A DNA stretch of 60,590 nt from Alphaproteobacteria bacterium. Lineage in GTDB: Bacteria; Pseudomonadota; Alphaproteobacteria; SHVP01. Below the pieces are notes generated by a model. That model saw only the letters and a program-made list of their open reading frames with translations. It had not been told where the DNA came from and made no database searches. Both the position numbers and the translations under genes were made by a program. Positions 18,051-27,535 of this stretch are shown one piece after another (position 1 is the first letter of the stretch; every line of letters begins with the position of its first letter). The stretch is from NCBI GenBank assembly GCA_947473325.1, contig CANJEJ010000005.1:1-60590 (forward strand), read 5' to 3'.

Positions 18051-19292
18051 ATGCTGCTGAACCTGCCGCGCGCGCAAGCCATTATGGACAAACACAAATT
18101 GGACGGTTTGATCGCCGCTCAGAAGCAGAACATCTACTATCTGACCGACCACTTTCCCTATGCCCTGCGGCTTGACCGGCACTTCACCACCTTCGCCGTG
18201 CTGCCCCGGCGCGCCGACATGCCGGCCGCGCTGGTGATCGGCATGACGGAGAATGGGCGGCTCGCCAACAGCAAGACCTGGATCCCCAACATCATCGCCG
18301 CTACGGGGCGCGGCTCCCCCACCGCGGCCAACACCAGCGGTCCGAACAAGGAAGAAGGCCTCGGTCCACTCAGCACCTATATCCGCCGGCCGAATCCCGT
18401 GCTGTCACCGGTGGAAGAGAAATGGGCCGATCTCGCCCGGGCACGCATCGGGCGGATGGTGGTGCGCCCCATCGACGGCCTGAAGCGCGCGCTGGAGGAC
18501 GCGGGCCTGACCAGCGGCCGCGTCGGCAGCGACGATCCGCGCGTCATCGGCTGGATGAACGACATGGGCTGCAGCCTGCAGGGCGTCGATGCCAGCAACA
18601 TCTTCCGCGAAATCCGCATGGTGAAATCGCCCGACGAGATCGAATTGCTGCGCAAGTCGGCCCAGGCCAACGAGGCGGCCGTCGACGTGACGATCAAGGC
18701 GATGCATGAGGGCGCCACGCAAGCCGAGCTGGAGCGTGAATTCATGCTGGAAATGGTCCGCCAGGGTGGGACGGGCGTCTACATCCTGCTCGGCATGGTG
18801 AGCGGGCTGCGCCAGGGCAGGATGGTGAAGGGCGAACCGGTGATGGTGGACGCACTCGCCACCTATGCCGGTTACAACGGCGACCTTGGCCGCACCGTGG
18901 TGATCGGCGAGCCCGATGCCGAGACGCGGCTTCGCGACAAGGCGATGCAGAAGGGCTGGCAGGTCGCCTGCGAGATGATGAAGCCCGGCGTGAAGGGCAG
19001 CGAGCTCGTGCGCAAGGTGATGGACGTGGTGCACAAGGAAGGCTTCCCCGCCTTCAACCATTCGGTCGCCCACACCGTCGGGCTGGAACACACCGACCAT
19101 CCGTTCTCCATTGGCGCCGACGGGCTGGGCGGCCTGGCGGACTTCACCGTCGAGGAGAACATGGTCCTCAACTTCGACATGCCCTATCAGGAATGGGGCT
19201 GGGGCTCGATGCACATCGAGGACACGCTGTGCATCACCAGGGACGGCTTCAAGCCGCTGACCAGCCTGAAGACGGAATTGCGCCAGATATAG
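18051..19292 (+). CDS. M24 family (Xaa-Pro) metallopeptidase-like protein
   Basis: RMVKSPDEI, D..YNGDLGRT, HTVGLEH, HIEDT. Confidence 0.85.
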   Translation: MLLNLPRAQAIMDKHKLDGLIAAQKQNIYYLTDHFPYALRLDRHFTTFAVLPRRADMPAALVIGMTENGRLANSKTWIPNIIAATGRGSPTAANTSGPNKEEGLGPLSTYIRRPNPVLSPVEEKWADLARARIGRMVVRPIDGLKRALEDAGLTSGRVGSDDPRVIGWMNDMGCSLQGVDASNIFREIRMVKSPDEIELLRKSAQANEAAVDVTIKAMHEGATQAELEREFMLEMVRQGGTGVYILLGMVSGLRQGRMVKGEPVMVDALATYAGYNGDLGRTVVIGEPDAETRLRDKAMQKGWQVACEMMKPGVKGSELVRKVMDVVHKEGFPAFNHSVAHTVGLEHTDHPFSIGADGLGGLADFTVEENMVLNFDMPYQEWGWGSMHIEDTLCITRDGFKPLTSLKTELRQI

Positions 19293-19308
19293 ACGAGCGG
19301 AGGACGCC

Positions 19309-19986
19309 ATGCAGCACACCACACAACGCGGCAAGATCCTGTACCTGCGCGAAGGCCAGGAAACCGGCCGCGAATGGTTCACCATCACCAAACACACGAC
19401 CGGCCACCGCACGCTGCGCGCCCATTGCGAAATGGACGACCATGAGCTGCTGCGCGACGTCACCTATTCCGTCGGCGAAGACTGGAAGCCGCGCGATGCC
19501 TTCGTGCGCCTGTCGCTGCACGACCAGTTCGTCGGCTCGAGCTGGTTCCGCTTCGGCGAGCGGCAGGTGGAGTGCGAGGGCATCACGGTGAAGGAAGGCC
19601 GCTTCAGCCAGCATTTCGACATCGCGACGCGGGCGCCATCCTTTGGCGCGCACCCCATCTGCTGCGACGTCTGGCACCTGACCCAGTTCGACCGCAAGGG
19701 TCCGAAGCAACAGATCCTGAAAGGCGCCGTGATGTCGTCGCCGCTGCCCGATGGCGGGTCGGGCCCGATGATCGGCATCAAGGACCTGAACATCCTCTAT
19801 TTCGGGCCGGAGACGATCACCGTGCCCGCCGGCACCTTCACCGCCGAGCATTTCCAGTTCGTGCTGTCGGGCGAGCATCCCGGCAACGAGGATGTCTGGT
19901 TCCTGTTGCCCGACTACATCCCGCTCAAGATCGGCTATCCGATCTACAACTCGACCTATGAACTCGCCGAGCTGACCGAGGGCTGA
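19309..19986 (+). CDS. Hypothetical protein
   Basis: GGAGG RBS; 16 bp after the peptidase stop; ETITVPAGTF.A beta motif. Confidence 0.7.
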   Translation: MQHTTQRGKILYLREGQETGREWFTITKHTTGHRTLRAHCEMDDHELLRDVTYSVGEDWKPRDAFVRLSLHDQFVGSSWFRFGERQVECEGITVKEGRFSQHFDIATRAPSFGAHPICCDVWHLTQFDRKGPKQQILKGAVMSSPLPDGGSGPMIGIKDLNILYFGPETITVPAGTFTAEHFQFVLSGEHPGNEDVWFLLPDYIPLKIGYPIYNSTYELAELTEG

Positions 19987-19990
19987 CGGG

Positions 19991-20299
19991 TCAGAAGTGG
20001 TCGCCGCGCAGCACCTGGACGTCGGAGACGACGATGATGGCCATGCGGTCGCGCAGGATGACGTCGGCTTCGTCGAGGACGCGGCGCGCCACCTCCTCGC
20101 CGGCGATGACGACGATCATCGCGCTGTCGCCAATACCGCCGGGATCGCCGGCGCGGCGCAGGCCCTGGTGGCCCTTGCCCGCCAGCACCGGCAGCACTGT
20201 GTAACCGGGCACGCCCAGGCGATCGAGCAGCGACGTCACCGCCGGCACATGCACCGCCTCGATCACCAGTTCGATTTTCTTGCGTGCGTGTGTCTGCAT
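19991..20299 (-). CDS. sbtB: PII-like signalling protein (SbtB-like)
   Basis: KKIELVIE, GVPGYTV..GKG..G, VSDVQVLR..HF; directly after sbtA. Confidence 0.8.
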   Translation of the reverse strand: MQTHARKKIELVIEAVHVPAVTSLLDRLGVPGYTVLPVLAGKGHQGLRRAGDPGGIGDSAMIVVIAGEEVARRVLDEADVILRDRMAIIVVSDVQVLRGDHF

Positions 20300-20310
20300 G
20301 GCGGCGCTCC

Positions 20311-21285
20311 TCAACCGGAAATCGCCAGCGCCGCCGCCGTGCACAGCGGGATGCCGACGAGCACATTGAGCGGGAAGGTGATGGCGAGCGACAGGGTCAT
20401 GGCGACGCCAGGGTTGGCCTGGGGCAGCGCGAGGCGCATCACCGCGGGCACCGCGATGTAGGACGCGCTCGCCCCCAACACCGCCATCAGCGCGACGCCT
20501 CCGGGCATCAGGCCCGCCGCCAGGCCGGCGGCAAGGCCGCAGGCGGCACCTGCCACCGGCATCACGAAGCCAAAGGCAATCACCGTGGGCGACAGGGCGC
20601 GGCTTTCACGCAACTGGCGCGCGGCGATCAGGCCCATGTCGAGCAGGAACAGGCAGAGCAGACCGGGAAACAGCCCGTCAACGAAGGGCCTGAGCTGGAC
20701 CATGCCACGCTCACCGCTGATCCAGCCGACCGCGAAGCTGCCGAGCAACAGCAGCACCGAGCCGTTGACCGCGACCTCGCGCAGGATATGGCCGGTGCCG
20801 GCCCCGGACGGCTGGGCGCCGGCGCGGCGCGCCAGCCACAGAGCGCTCAGGATGGCGGGTGTTTCCATCAGCGCCATCACCGCCGGCATGAAACCCTCGT
20901 GCGGGATGCCGGCGCTGGCGAGGTAGGCGGTCGCGGTGACGAAGGTGACGACGCTCACCGAGCCGTAATGGCCCGAGACCGAGGCCGCCGTGACCGCATC
21001 GAGCCGCGAGGCCACCCGAAGGGCACCGTAGGCAAGGAAGGGAATCGCGAAGCTGAGCACGATGCCGGCGAGGATGGCCCCCGCCAGCGTCCAGCCGAGC
21101 GGCGCCGCGGCAACCGCGACGCCGCCCTTGAAGCCGATGGCCAGCATCAGATAGAGCGACAGACCCTTGCCGATGGCGTCGGGCACGCTGAGGTCGGAGC
21201 GCACCAGGGCCGCACCCGCGCCGAGCAGGAAAAAGAGGACCGGCGGTGCGAGCACGCCGGCGAGCGAGGCGCCGAAGATATCCAT
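20311..21285 (-). CDS. sbtA: Sodium-dependent bicarbonate transporter family permease (SbtA-like, DUF897)
   Basis: SLYLMLAIGFKGG, HYGSVSVVTF, FLLDMG, ASASYIAVPA, TFPLN. Confidence 0.9.
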   Translation of the reverse strand: MDIFGASLAGVLAPPVLFFLLGAGAALVRSDLSVPDAIGKGLSLYLMLAIGFKGGVAVAAAPLGWTLAGAILAGIVLSFAIPFLAYGALRVASRLDAVTAASVSGHYGSVSVVTFVTATAYLASAGIPHEGFMPAVMALMETPAILSALWLARRAGAQPSGAGTGHILREVAVNGSVLLLLGSFAVGWISGERGMVQLRPFVDGLFPGLLCLFLLDMGLIAARQLRESRALSPTVIAFGFVMPVAGAACGLAAGLAAGLMPGGVALMAVLGASASYIAVPAVMRLALPQANPGVAMTLSLAITFPLNVLVGIPLCTAAALAISG

Positions 21286-21352
21286 CGCGATTGTATCAGG
21301 CCGGGGGCGGGCGCCGGAATTCTGGCCGAGCGGCGCCCGTTACCGCGGCCCG

Positions 21353-21553
21353 TCAGAGGCCGAGGGCGGGCAGCAGGCCCTGGACCAGGCCAATCGCGCC
21401 ATCGCCACAGGCGAGGACTGCATCACGGGCCAGCTGCGCCGCCTCGCGCCAGCGGCCGCCGACAAGATGGTCGATCAGCACCGCGGCGTTCTCCGCCACC
21501 GGGCTGCAGGCGGCGGCGAGGCTGTCGAGCGTGGAGATGGGCGAGGTTTCCAT
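21353..21553 (-). CDS. Small hypothetical protein (66 aa)
   Basis: AAAGGAG RBS; fills the gap between terC and sbtA on the same strand. Confidence 0.5.
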   Translation of the reverse strand: METSPISTLDSLAAACSPVAENAAVLIDHLVGGRWREAAQLARDAVLACGDGAIGLVQGLLPALGL

Positions 21554-21580
21554 GATCGTCTCCTTTCACGGGCAGTGGGA

Positions 21581-22528
21581 TCAGGCAGCAGGCGTGTCAG
21601 CCGGCGCTGGCACCGCTGGCGCGCGCGGGCGCAGCAGGGACAGCACGATCGAGCCGGCGATCAGGGCAACGGTGACAGCCAGCGCGAGCACGGTCGGCAC
21701 CTTCCAGATATCGACGAGCACCATCTTGGCGCCGACGAAGACCAGCGTCAGCGACAGACCATATTTCAGGTAGTGGAAGCGGCGGATGATGCCGGCCAGC
21801 GCGAAGTAAAGGGCGCGCAGGCCGAGGATCGCGAACACGTTGGAGGTGTAGACGATGAAGGGGTCGGTGGTGATGGCGAAGATCGCCGGGATGCTGTCGA
21901 CGGCGAAGATGAGGTCCGTCACCTCGACCAGGACGAGGGCCAGGAACAGCGGCGTGACAAAGAGCAGGCCGTTGCGCCGCGTGAAGAAGTGCGCGCCTTC
22001 ATAGCCTTCGGTGACGCGGAAATGGCGGCGGATGAATCGCACCACCGGGTTGTCCCGAAGGTCGGGCTCCTTGTCGGCCGTCAGCGCCATCTTGATGCCG
22101 GTGAAGATCAGGAAGGCGCCGAAGACATAGATGATCCAGCGGAACTCCATGATCAGCGTGGTGCCGGCGAAGATCAGGATCGCTCGCATGACCAGCGCGC
22201 CGAGGATGCCCCAGAACAGCACGCGGTGCTGATACTGCGGCGGCACCGCGAAGGCGGTGAAGATGAGCGCGATGACAAAAATGTTGTCGAGCGAGAGGCT
22301 CTTTTCGATCAGGTAGCCGGTCGTGAATTCGAGGCCGGCCTGGTCGCCGCGGAAATGGAAGATGCCGGCGGCGAAGATGGCCGCCAGCGCGATATAGAAG
22401 CCGCTGAGGATGAGGGATTCGCGGATCCCGATCTCGCGCTGCCTGCGATGCAGAAGGCCAAGGTCGAAGGCCAGCAGGACGAGGACGAAACCGGTAAAGC
22501 CGAGCCAGAGCCAGATGGATGTTTCCAC
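21581..22528 (-). CDS. TerC family (Alx-type) membrane protein
   Basis: GYLIEKSLSLDNIFV, QHRVLFWGI, TDLIFAVDSIPA, SNVFAILGLRALY; GTG start with GGAGG RBS. Confidence 0.92.
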   Translation of the reverse strand: METSIWLWLGFTGFVLVLLAFDLGLLHRRQREIGIRESLILSGFYIALAAIFAAGIFHFRGDQAGLEFTTGYLIEKSLSLDNIFVIALIFTAFAVPPQYQHRVLFWGILGALVMRAILIFAGTTLIMEFRWIIYVFGAFLIFTGIKMALTADKEPDLRDNPVVRFIRRHFRVTEGYEGAHFFTRRNGLLFVTPLFLALVLVEVTDLIFAVDSIPAIFAITTDPFIVYTSNVFAILGLRALYFALAGIIRRFHYLKYGLSLTLVFVGAKMVLVDIWKVPTVLALAVTVALIAGSIVLSLLRPRAPAVPAPADTPAA

Positions 22529-22640
22529 CGGAGCCTCCAGATGCGATAGCGCCGCGACAGCGCGAGGGCATGTGAAGGATCCGACATCACAGCCAACGCC
22601 TTGGCTGCCAGAGGGGCCCGGACCCGGTCCCGAAGGACGT
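22529..22640 (-). ncRNA. Candidate structured cis-regulatory leader of terC (resembles the terC RNA motif)
   Basis: Minus strand GTCC-TTCG-GGAC hairpin; GGGTCCG/CGGATCC stem enclosing CAGCCAA-GGCG-TTGGCTG; TTGACG -35-like hexamer at 22671-22676. Confidence 0.5.
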
Positions 22641-22685
22641 GGACTGCACTTGGGGAGCACCCCCCGGGGCCGTCAAGACCATGGC

Positions 22686-22721
22686 AAAGAAAAGGCCGCG
22701 CGGGTTGCCCCGCGCGGCCTT
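22686..22721 (-). terminator. Intrinsic terminator after the ABC substrate-binding protein gene
   Basis: AAGGCCGCGCGGG-GCAA-CCCGCGCGGCCTTTTCTTT on the minus strand. Confidence 0.75.
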
Positions 22722-22738
22722 GAGGGTGTGCGTTTCGG

Positions 22739-24262
22739 CTACTGGAACGTGATGTCGCCGTAGTCGTAGCGCTGGGCGACGTTGACGAAGTTGCGCACGC
22801 GCTTGCTGAGGCCGGTGAGGTCGGGGATCACGTTGAGGTTGATGATCGCCGCGTTCTCGTGGTTCAGCGCCAGCAGCTGCTGGACAAGCTTGCGCTGCTT
22901 CTCGGTGTCGAACTCCTGCTCGATCGCCTCCATCAGCTTGAGCTCGTTCTGGTCGCAATGGCTGGGCTGCAGCTTGCGGCAGGACAGGTTCGGGAACACG
23001 TCCAGCGGATGCGCGGTGAAGCTCATGCAGCCGTTCTGGAAGATGTCGTTGAAGCCCATCGTCTTCGCGTCAGGACCCGGCGACCACTTCTGCAGCCACT
23101 GGCCGAAGGTGATGATCTCAAGGTCGGTCTTGATACCGATCGCGCCCAGGTTCTGCGCCGCGAGCTGGTAGGTCTCGCCATCAGCCGGGAAGTTGCCCGG
23201 GATGACGTCGGCCTTGACCGAGAAGCCGTTGGCAAAGCCGGCTTCCGCCAGCAGCGCCTTGGCCTTGGCCGGGTCGTAGGCATAGGGCTTGATGTTCGGG
23301 TCATAGCCGAAGGAACCAGGCGTCGCGCACTGGCCGGCCGCGCTGGCGATACCCTTCATCAGGTCCTTCTCCAGCGCCGGGCGGTTGATGGCATGGTTCA
23401 TCGCCTGGCGCACCCGCTTGTCCTTCATCGGGCCATCGCGCGTGGCCATCAGGCGCAGCGCGCTGGTGTCGGTGCGCTCCACCACGTCGACCTTGGCGCC
23501 TGACGCCTTGATGCGGTCGAGGTCGTCGATCGGCACGCCGATCGCGATGTCGAGCTCGCCCGAGATGACGCCGCCGGTGCGCGTCGCCGCTTCCTTGATC
23601 TCGCGGATGCTGAGGTTCTTGATCTTCGCCGGATTGCGGGCGTTGGCGTTGGCCGTGTACTTCACCTCGGCGCCGTCCCACGAAACCAGTTCATAGGGGC
23701 CGGTGCCGGCGCCCTTCTGCGCCAGCGCCTCGATGCCCTGTTCGGCGAAGAACTTGGGCGCGACGATCCAGTAGGCGGCGAGGTTGCGGTCGACCACCGA
23801 CACCGGCGCGCTGGTCTCGATGCGGATCGTGTCGTCCGAGACCGCCGTCGTCTTCACGATGCGCGACTGGTTCTGGAAATTCTGCGCCGAGACGTATTTC
23901 TTCGAATCGGGGTTGCCAAGGAAGGCGAACCAGTCGGCCACGCCCTGCGCGGTCATGACCTCGCCGTTGTGGAACTTGACGCCTTTCTTGATCTTCACTT
24001 CCCACGTGGTCTTGTCGATGTTCTTCCACGATTCGCTGAGCATCGGCGTCACGTCGCCCTTGGCGCTGACGCGGTTCAGCGTTTCGTACATCGGCGCCAT
24101 CGTGTAGGAGCACGGGCTGGCGCTGCCCGAGACGGGAAGCGCACGCGTCGGGCAGACGACCGGGGAGCCGACGCGGATGGCGTCGGCGGGCTGGGCCTGG
24201 GCGGCGCCAGCCAATGCGGCCAGCGCCAGTGCGCCGGTCGCCACATGGAATACGAATTTCAT
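22739..24262 (-). CDS. ABC transporter substrate-binding protein, family 5 (peptide/nickel)
   Basis: Signal peptide, GVKFHNG, GTGPY, DKRVRQAMNHAINR, YDPAKAKALLAEAG. Confidence 0.9.
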   Translation of the reverse strand: MKFVFHVATGALALAALAGAAQAQPADAIRVGSPVVCPTRALPVSGSASPCSYTMAPMYETLNRVSAKGDVTPMLSESWKNIDKTTWEVKIKKGVKFHNGEVMTAQGVADWFAFLGNPDSKKYVSAQNFQNQSRIVKTTAVSDDTIRIETSAPVSVVDRNLAAYWIVAPKFFAEQGIEALAQKGAGTGPYELVSWDGAEVKYTANANARNPAKIKNLSIREIKEAATRTGGVISGELDIAIGVPIDDLDRIKASGAKVDVVERTDTSALRLMATRDGPMKDKRVRQAMNHAINRPALEKDLMKGIASAAGQCATPGSFGYDPNIKPYAYDPAKAKALLAEAGFANGFSVKADVIPGNFPADGETYQLAAQNLGAIGIKTDLEIITFGQWLQKWSPGPDAKTMGFNDIFQNGCMSFTAHPLDVFPNLSCRKLQPSHCDQNELKLMEAIEQEFDTEKQRKLVQQLLALNHENAAIINLNVIPDLTGLSKRVRNFVNVAQRYDYGDITFQ

Positions 24263-24462
24263 CAAAGAACCTCCCTCGAGGATTCGGCCGTGGGCGAACT
24301 GTTTCGCCGCCCATCGGCCATCGGGCGAGTTTAGTCCCGGTGCAGTTCAAAGCCTATCGACGGGAAATGTATACTTGCTGCGACATAACGCCCGATAGCG
24401 GGCTTGCGGCCGAATCCCCGGCCCAGTAGCGTCGCGCCGCCCCTACCCCGGACCCCGTCCCC

Positions 24463-24726
24463 ATGTTTGGTTTCACCTTTGTCACGGCGATCGGCGTGGT
24501 CGCCGCCCTGCTGACCACGGTCGCCTTCCTGCCCCAGGCGCTGAAGGCCTGGCGGTCACGCTCGACGCAGGATATCTCGCTCGCGATGTATGCCCTGATG
24601 GCGACCGGCAACATCCTCTGGCTGATCTATGGCCTGCTGCTCGACAGCCTGCCGCTGATCGGCGCCAATGTCGTGTCGCTGTCGCTGACCACCTCGATCC
24701 TCGCGCTCAAGCTGCGCTATCGCTGA
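24463..24726 (+). CDS. SemiSWEET / PQ-loop transporter
   Basis: LTTVAFLPQ, S..DIS..M, LWLIYG, PLIGAN. Confidence 0.9.
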   Translation: MFGFTFVTAIGVVAALLTTVAFLPQALKAWRSRSTQDISLAMYALMATGNILWLIYGLLLDSLPLIGANVVSLSLTTSILALKLRYR

Positions 24727-24748
24727 TTTCGCCCCGAAGGAGTTCGCC

Positions 24749-25597
24749 ATGTCTGACCCCGTCAACTACCGCGACTGGATCGGCCGCCAGGAAGTGGCCG
24801 AGGACACCATCAGCGCCGGGCCGGTGTGGGGCCTGCAGGACGCGCTCGACCTTGACCTCGCCCCGCCGAAGGATGGCACGCCGGTCATTCCCGGCGCGCA
24901 TCTTTGCTATTTCTGGCCGCATGCGCCGATGCGCGAGATCGGCGCCGACGGGCACCCGGAACGCGGCAGCTTCATGCCGCCGATCACCCTGCCGCGCCGC
25001 ATGTATGCCGGCGCCCGCATCACCTTCCAGCGCGACCTGAAGGTCGGGGTGAAGGCGACGCGCACGCGCACCATCACCGACGTCACCGAGAAGACGGGCC
25101 GCACCGGCACGCTGGTCTTCGTCTCGTTGCGTGAAGACTTCGCCGACAAGGATGGCCTGTGCATCCGGCAGGAAAACGACATCGTCTTCCGCGCCCTCGC
25201 CCAGCCCGGCGAGACGGCGCCGAAGCCCGCCGCGCCGCCGGCAAAGCCGGTGTGGCGCCGCACGGTGACGCCCGACCCGGTGATGCTGTTCAAGTATTCG
25301 GCCGTCACCTTCAACGGCCACCGCATCCATTACGACCGCCCCTACACGATGAACGAGGAAGGCTATCCGGGCCTTGTCGTGCACGGGCCGCTGACGGCGG
25401 CGCTGCTGATGGACCTGTGCCGGCGCGAGAAGAAGGAGCGCCTGGCCACCTTCAACTTCCGCGCCCAGGCGCCGCTGTTCGACACCGCGCCCTTCACCGT
25501 CAACGGCGCACCGAAAGAGGATGGCAAAGCCTGGGCGATCTGGGCGGAAACGCCCGAGGGCGGCGTTGCCATGCTGGCCGAGGCGACCTTCGGCTGA
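24749..25597 (+). CDS. MaoC-like double-hotdog acyl-CoA (de)hydratase (mesaconyl-C4/itaconyl-CoA hydratase-like)
   Basis: DGHPERGSFMPP..LPRRM, LFKYSAVTFNGHRIHYD, YPGLVVHGPL. Confidence 0.88.
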   Translation: MSDPVNYRDWIGRQEVAEDTISAGPVWGLQDALDLDLAPPKDGTPVIPGAHLCYFWPHAPMREIGADGHPERGSFMPPITLPRRMYAGARITFQRDLKVGVKATRTRTITDVTEKTGRTGTLVFVSLREDFADKDGLCIRQENDIVFRALAQPGETAPKPAAPPAKPVWRRTVTPDPVMLFKYSAVTFNGHRIHYDRPYTMNEEGYPGLVVHGPLTAALLMDLCRREKKERLATFNFRAQAPLFDTAPFTVNGAPKEDGKAWAIWAETPEGGVAMLAEATFG

Positions 25598-25763
25598 GGG
25601 ACGGCCAAAAACGCTATTCCGCCGGAACGACGCCAAATTTCCCCTTTGGAATCAAAGGGTCATCCGGCCCAGGCCTGATCACAAGCCCGTGAGATGCACA
25701 GGCTGAGCCGGCGTGCGCCTGCGTTTGTCAGACAGCCTTTTTGGTTCTGACAAAGGATGCCCC

Positions 25764-26504
25764 ATGAAACGGATTCTCGCCGCCGGCCTGGGCGCGGCGC
25801 TGCTTGCTGTGCTGGTTGCCGCCACCGCAAACCCCGGCGCCTCCGCGCCGCCGCCCGACATTCCGCTCGAACAGCACAAGGGCCCCTACACGCTGGCGCC
25901 GCTGCCCTATGCCACGGATGCGCTGAACCCGGTGATCGACACGGCGACGATGGAGATCCATCACGGCAAGCACCACCAGGCCTATGTCACCAACCTGAAC
26001 GCTGCGCTCGAAGCCAACCCGGCGCTGAAGGACAAGACGCTGGGCGAGATCTTCGCCGGCGTCTCGCAATATGACGCGGCGGTGCGCAACAACGCGGGCG
26101 GCCACTGGAACCACACGCTGTTCTGGCGGACGATGGCGCCGCCGGGCAAGGGCGGCGCGCCGTCCGAGGTGTTGCGCGCGCAGATCGAGAAGGATTTCGG
26201 CTCGTTCGATGCCTTCAGGAAAGCCTTCCAGGCCGCCGGGATGAAGCAGTTCGGCGCCGGCTGGGTGTGGCTCATCTGGGCCGACGAACGCCTGCAGATC
26301 ACCACCACGCCGAACCAGGACAACCCCCTGATGGCCGTGGCGGCTAAGCGCGGCAAGCCCATCCTGGGCAACGACCTGTGGGAACACGCCTATTCCCTGA
26401 AGCACCAGAACAGGCGCGACGCCTACCTTGCCGGCTGGTGGGACGTGGTGAACTGGACCGAAGTGACCCGCCCGTTTTATCGCGCGGCGGCGGTGCCGGG
26501 GTGA
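25764..26504 (+). CDS. Fe/Mn superoxide dismutase with N-terminal signal peptide
   Basis: HHGKHHQAY, NNAGGHWNH, NQDNP, DLWEHAY; hydrophobic leader. Confidence 0.9.
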   Translation: MKRILAAGLGAALLAVLVAATANPGASAPPPDIPLEQHKGPYTLAPLPYATDALNPVIDTATMEIHHGKHHQAYVTNLNAALEANPALKDKTLGEIFAGVSQYDAAVRNNAGGHWNHTLFWRTMAPPGKGGAPSEVLRAQIEKDFGSFDAFRKAFQAAGMKQFGAGWVWLIWADERLQITTTPNQDNPLMAVAAKRGKPILGNDLWEHAYSLKHQNRRDAYLAGWWDVVNWTEVTRPFYRAAAVPG

Positions 26505-26564
26505 GGGGACGGCTCCCATAAGGCTTGGCTGCGGCGGGGCATTTTGCTGTAGTGTCCCGCCACC

Positions 26565-27449
26565 ATGACTCTGCCCACATTCGTGGTCGCCGGCACGCAA
26601 AAAGCCGCCACCACATGGCTCTATGAATGCCTGAACGAACACCCTGAGGTGTTCGTCCCCACCACCAAGGAACTGCATCACTTCTGCGAGGCAGCAGACT
26701 GTCGCCTGTCAACGCGGGCGCAAGGCGATGCCTACTACCTGGGGCAGTTCGATGGCGCCGGGCCACAGCACAGTGCGGTCGGCGAACTTACCATCGACTA
26801 CATGTATTTTCCCTACATTGCCGCCGACCTGCAGCGCATCAACCCGGCAATGAAGGTGATCTTCATCCTGCGCGAGCCGGTCGAGCGGGCCTATTCGGCC
26901 TACTGGATGGTGCGGCGGGGTCGGATCGAATTCGCGCCCTTTGAAGACTTCCTCAATCCCGACAACCATATCGTCGGGCGCGGCTTCTACTATCGGCAGA
27001 TCGAGAACTTCCGCCGCCTTTTCCCCGACAGCCAGCTCAAGATCCTGATCTACGAGGACATCCAGCGGAACCCGCAGGCTTTCGTCGCGGAGGTGTTCCG
27101 TTTCCTCGGCGTCGACGATCGCTTTGTCCCGCCATCCTTGCGCCAGCAGATCGGCGAGACTCGGGTCATGTCGCCGCGTATGTCGACGCTTTTCTATCGC
27201 CGCCTGTCTCCCCTGCTGCAAATCCCACCGGTGCTTGCCGCATGGCGCCTGTTCAAACGCGTGACCGGATACAAGCGCGCCAAGCCAAATGCTGCGAGCA
27301 GCGGCGGCATCCAGCACCATTACCCCCCCCTGCCCGCCGACCAGCGGCGCCGGTTAGAGAATCTCTATCGCGACGACACCGAGCGGCTGTTTGGCCTGAT
27401 CGGCCGGCGTGTCGGCGATTGGACTCACCAAGCAGAGCCCGGCGAATAA
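26565..27449 (+). CDS. PAPS-dependent sulfotransferase
   Basis: 5'-PSB motif FVVAGTQKAATTWL, HPEV..KELHHF, 3'-PB motif LREPVERAYS. Confidence 0.88.
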   Translation: MTLPTFVVAGTQKAATTWLYECLNEHPEVFVPTTKELHHFCEAADCRLSTRAQGDAYYLGQFDGAGPQHSAVGELTIDYMYFPYIAADLQRINPAMKVIFILREPVERAYSAYWMVRRGRIEFAPFEDFLNPDNHIVGRGFYYRQIENFRRLFPDSQLKILIYEDIQRNPQAFVAEVFRFLGVDDRFVPPSLRQQIGETRVMSPRMSTLFYRRLSPLLQIPPVLAAWRLFKRVTGYKRAKPNAASSGGIQHHYPPLPADQRRRLENLYRDDTERLFGLIGRRVGDWTHQAEPGE

Positions 27450-27535
27450 CGTCTTTTTCGGCAATTCGCCGGTCCGCCACTGGGCCACTATTGACACCCC
27501 AAGCGCCAATGCCCTATTGCGCGGAACCCTTTCGC

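Noticed and set aside
22650-22680. yybP-ykoY Mn riboswitch (GGGGAG...CGTCA...AGACC) before the Alx-type terC
   Set aside because: These words are on the plus strand, opposite to terC transcription, and are too compressed to form the aptamer.
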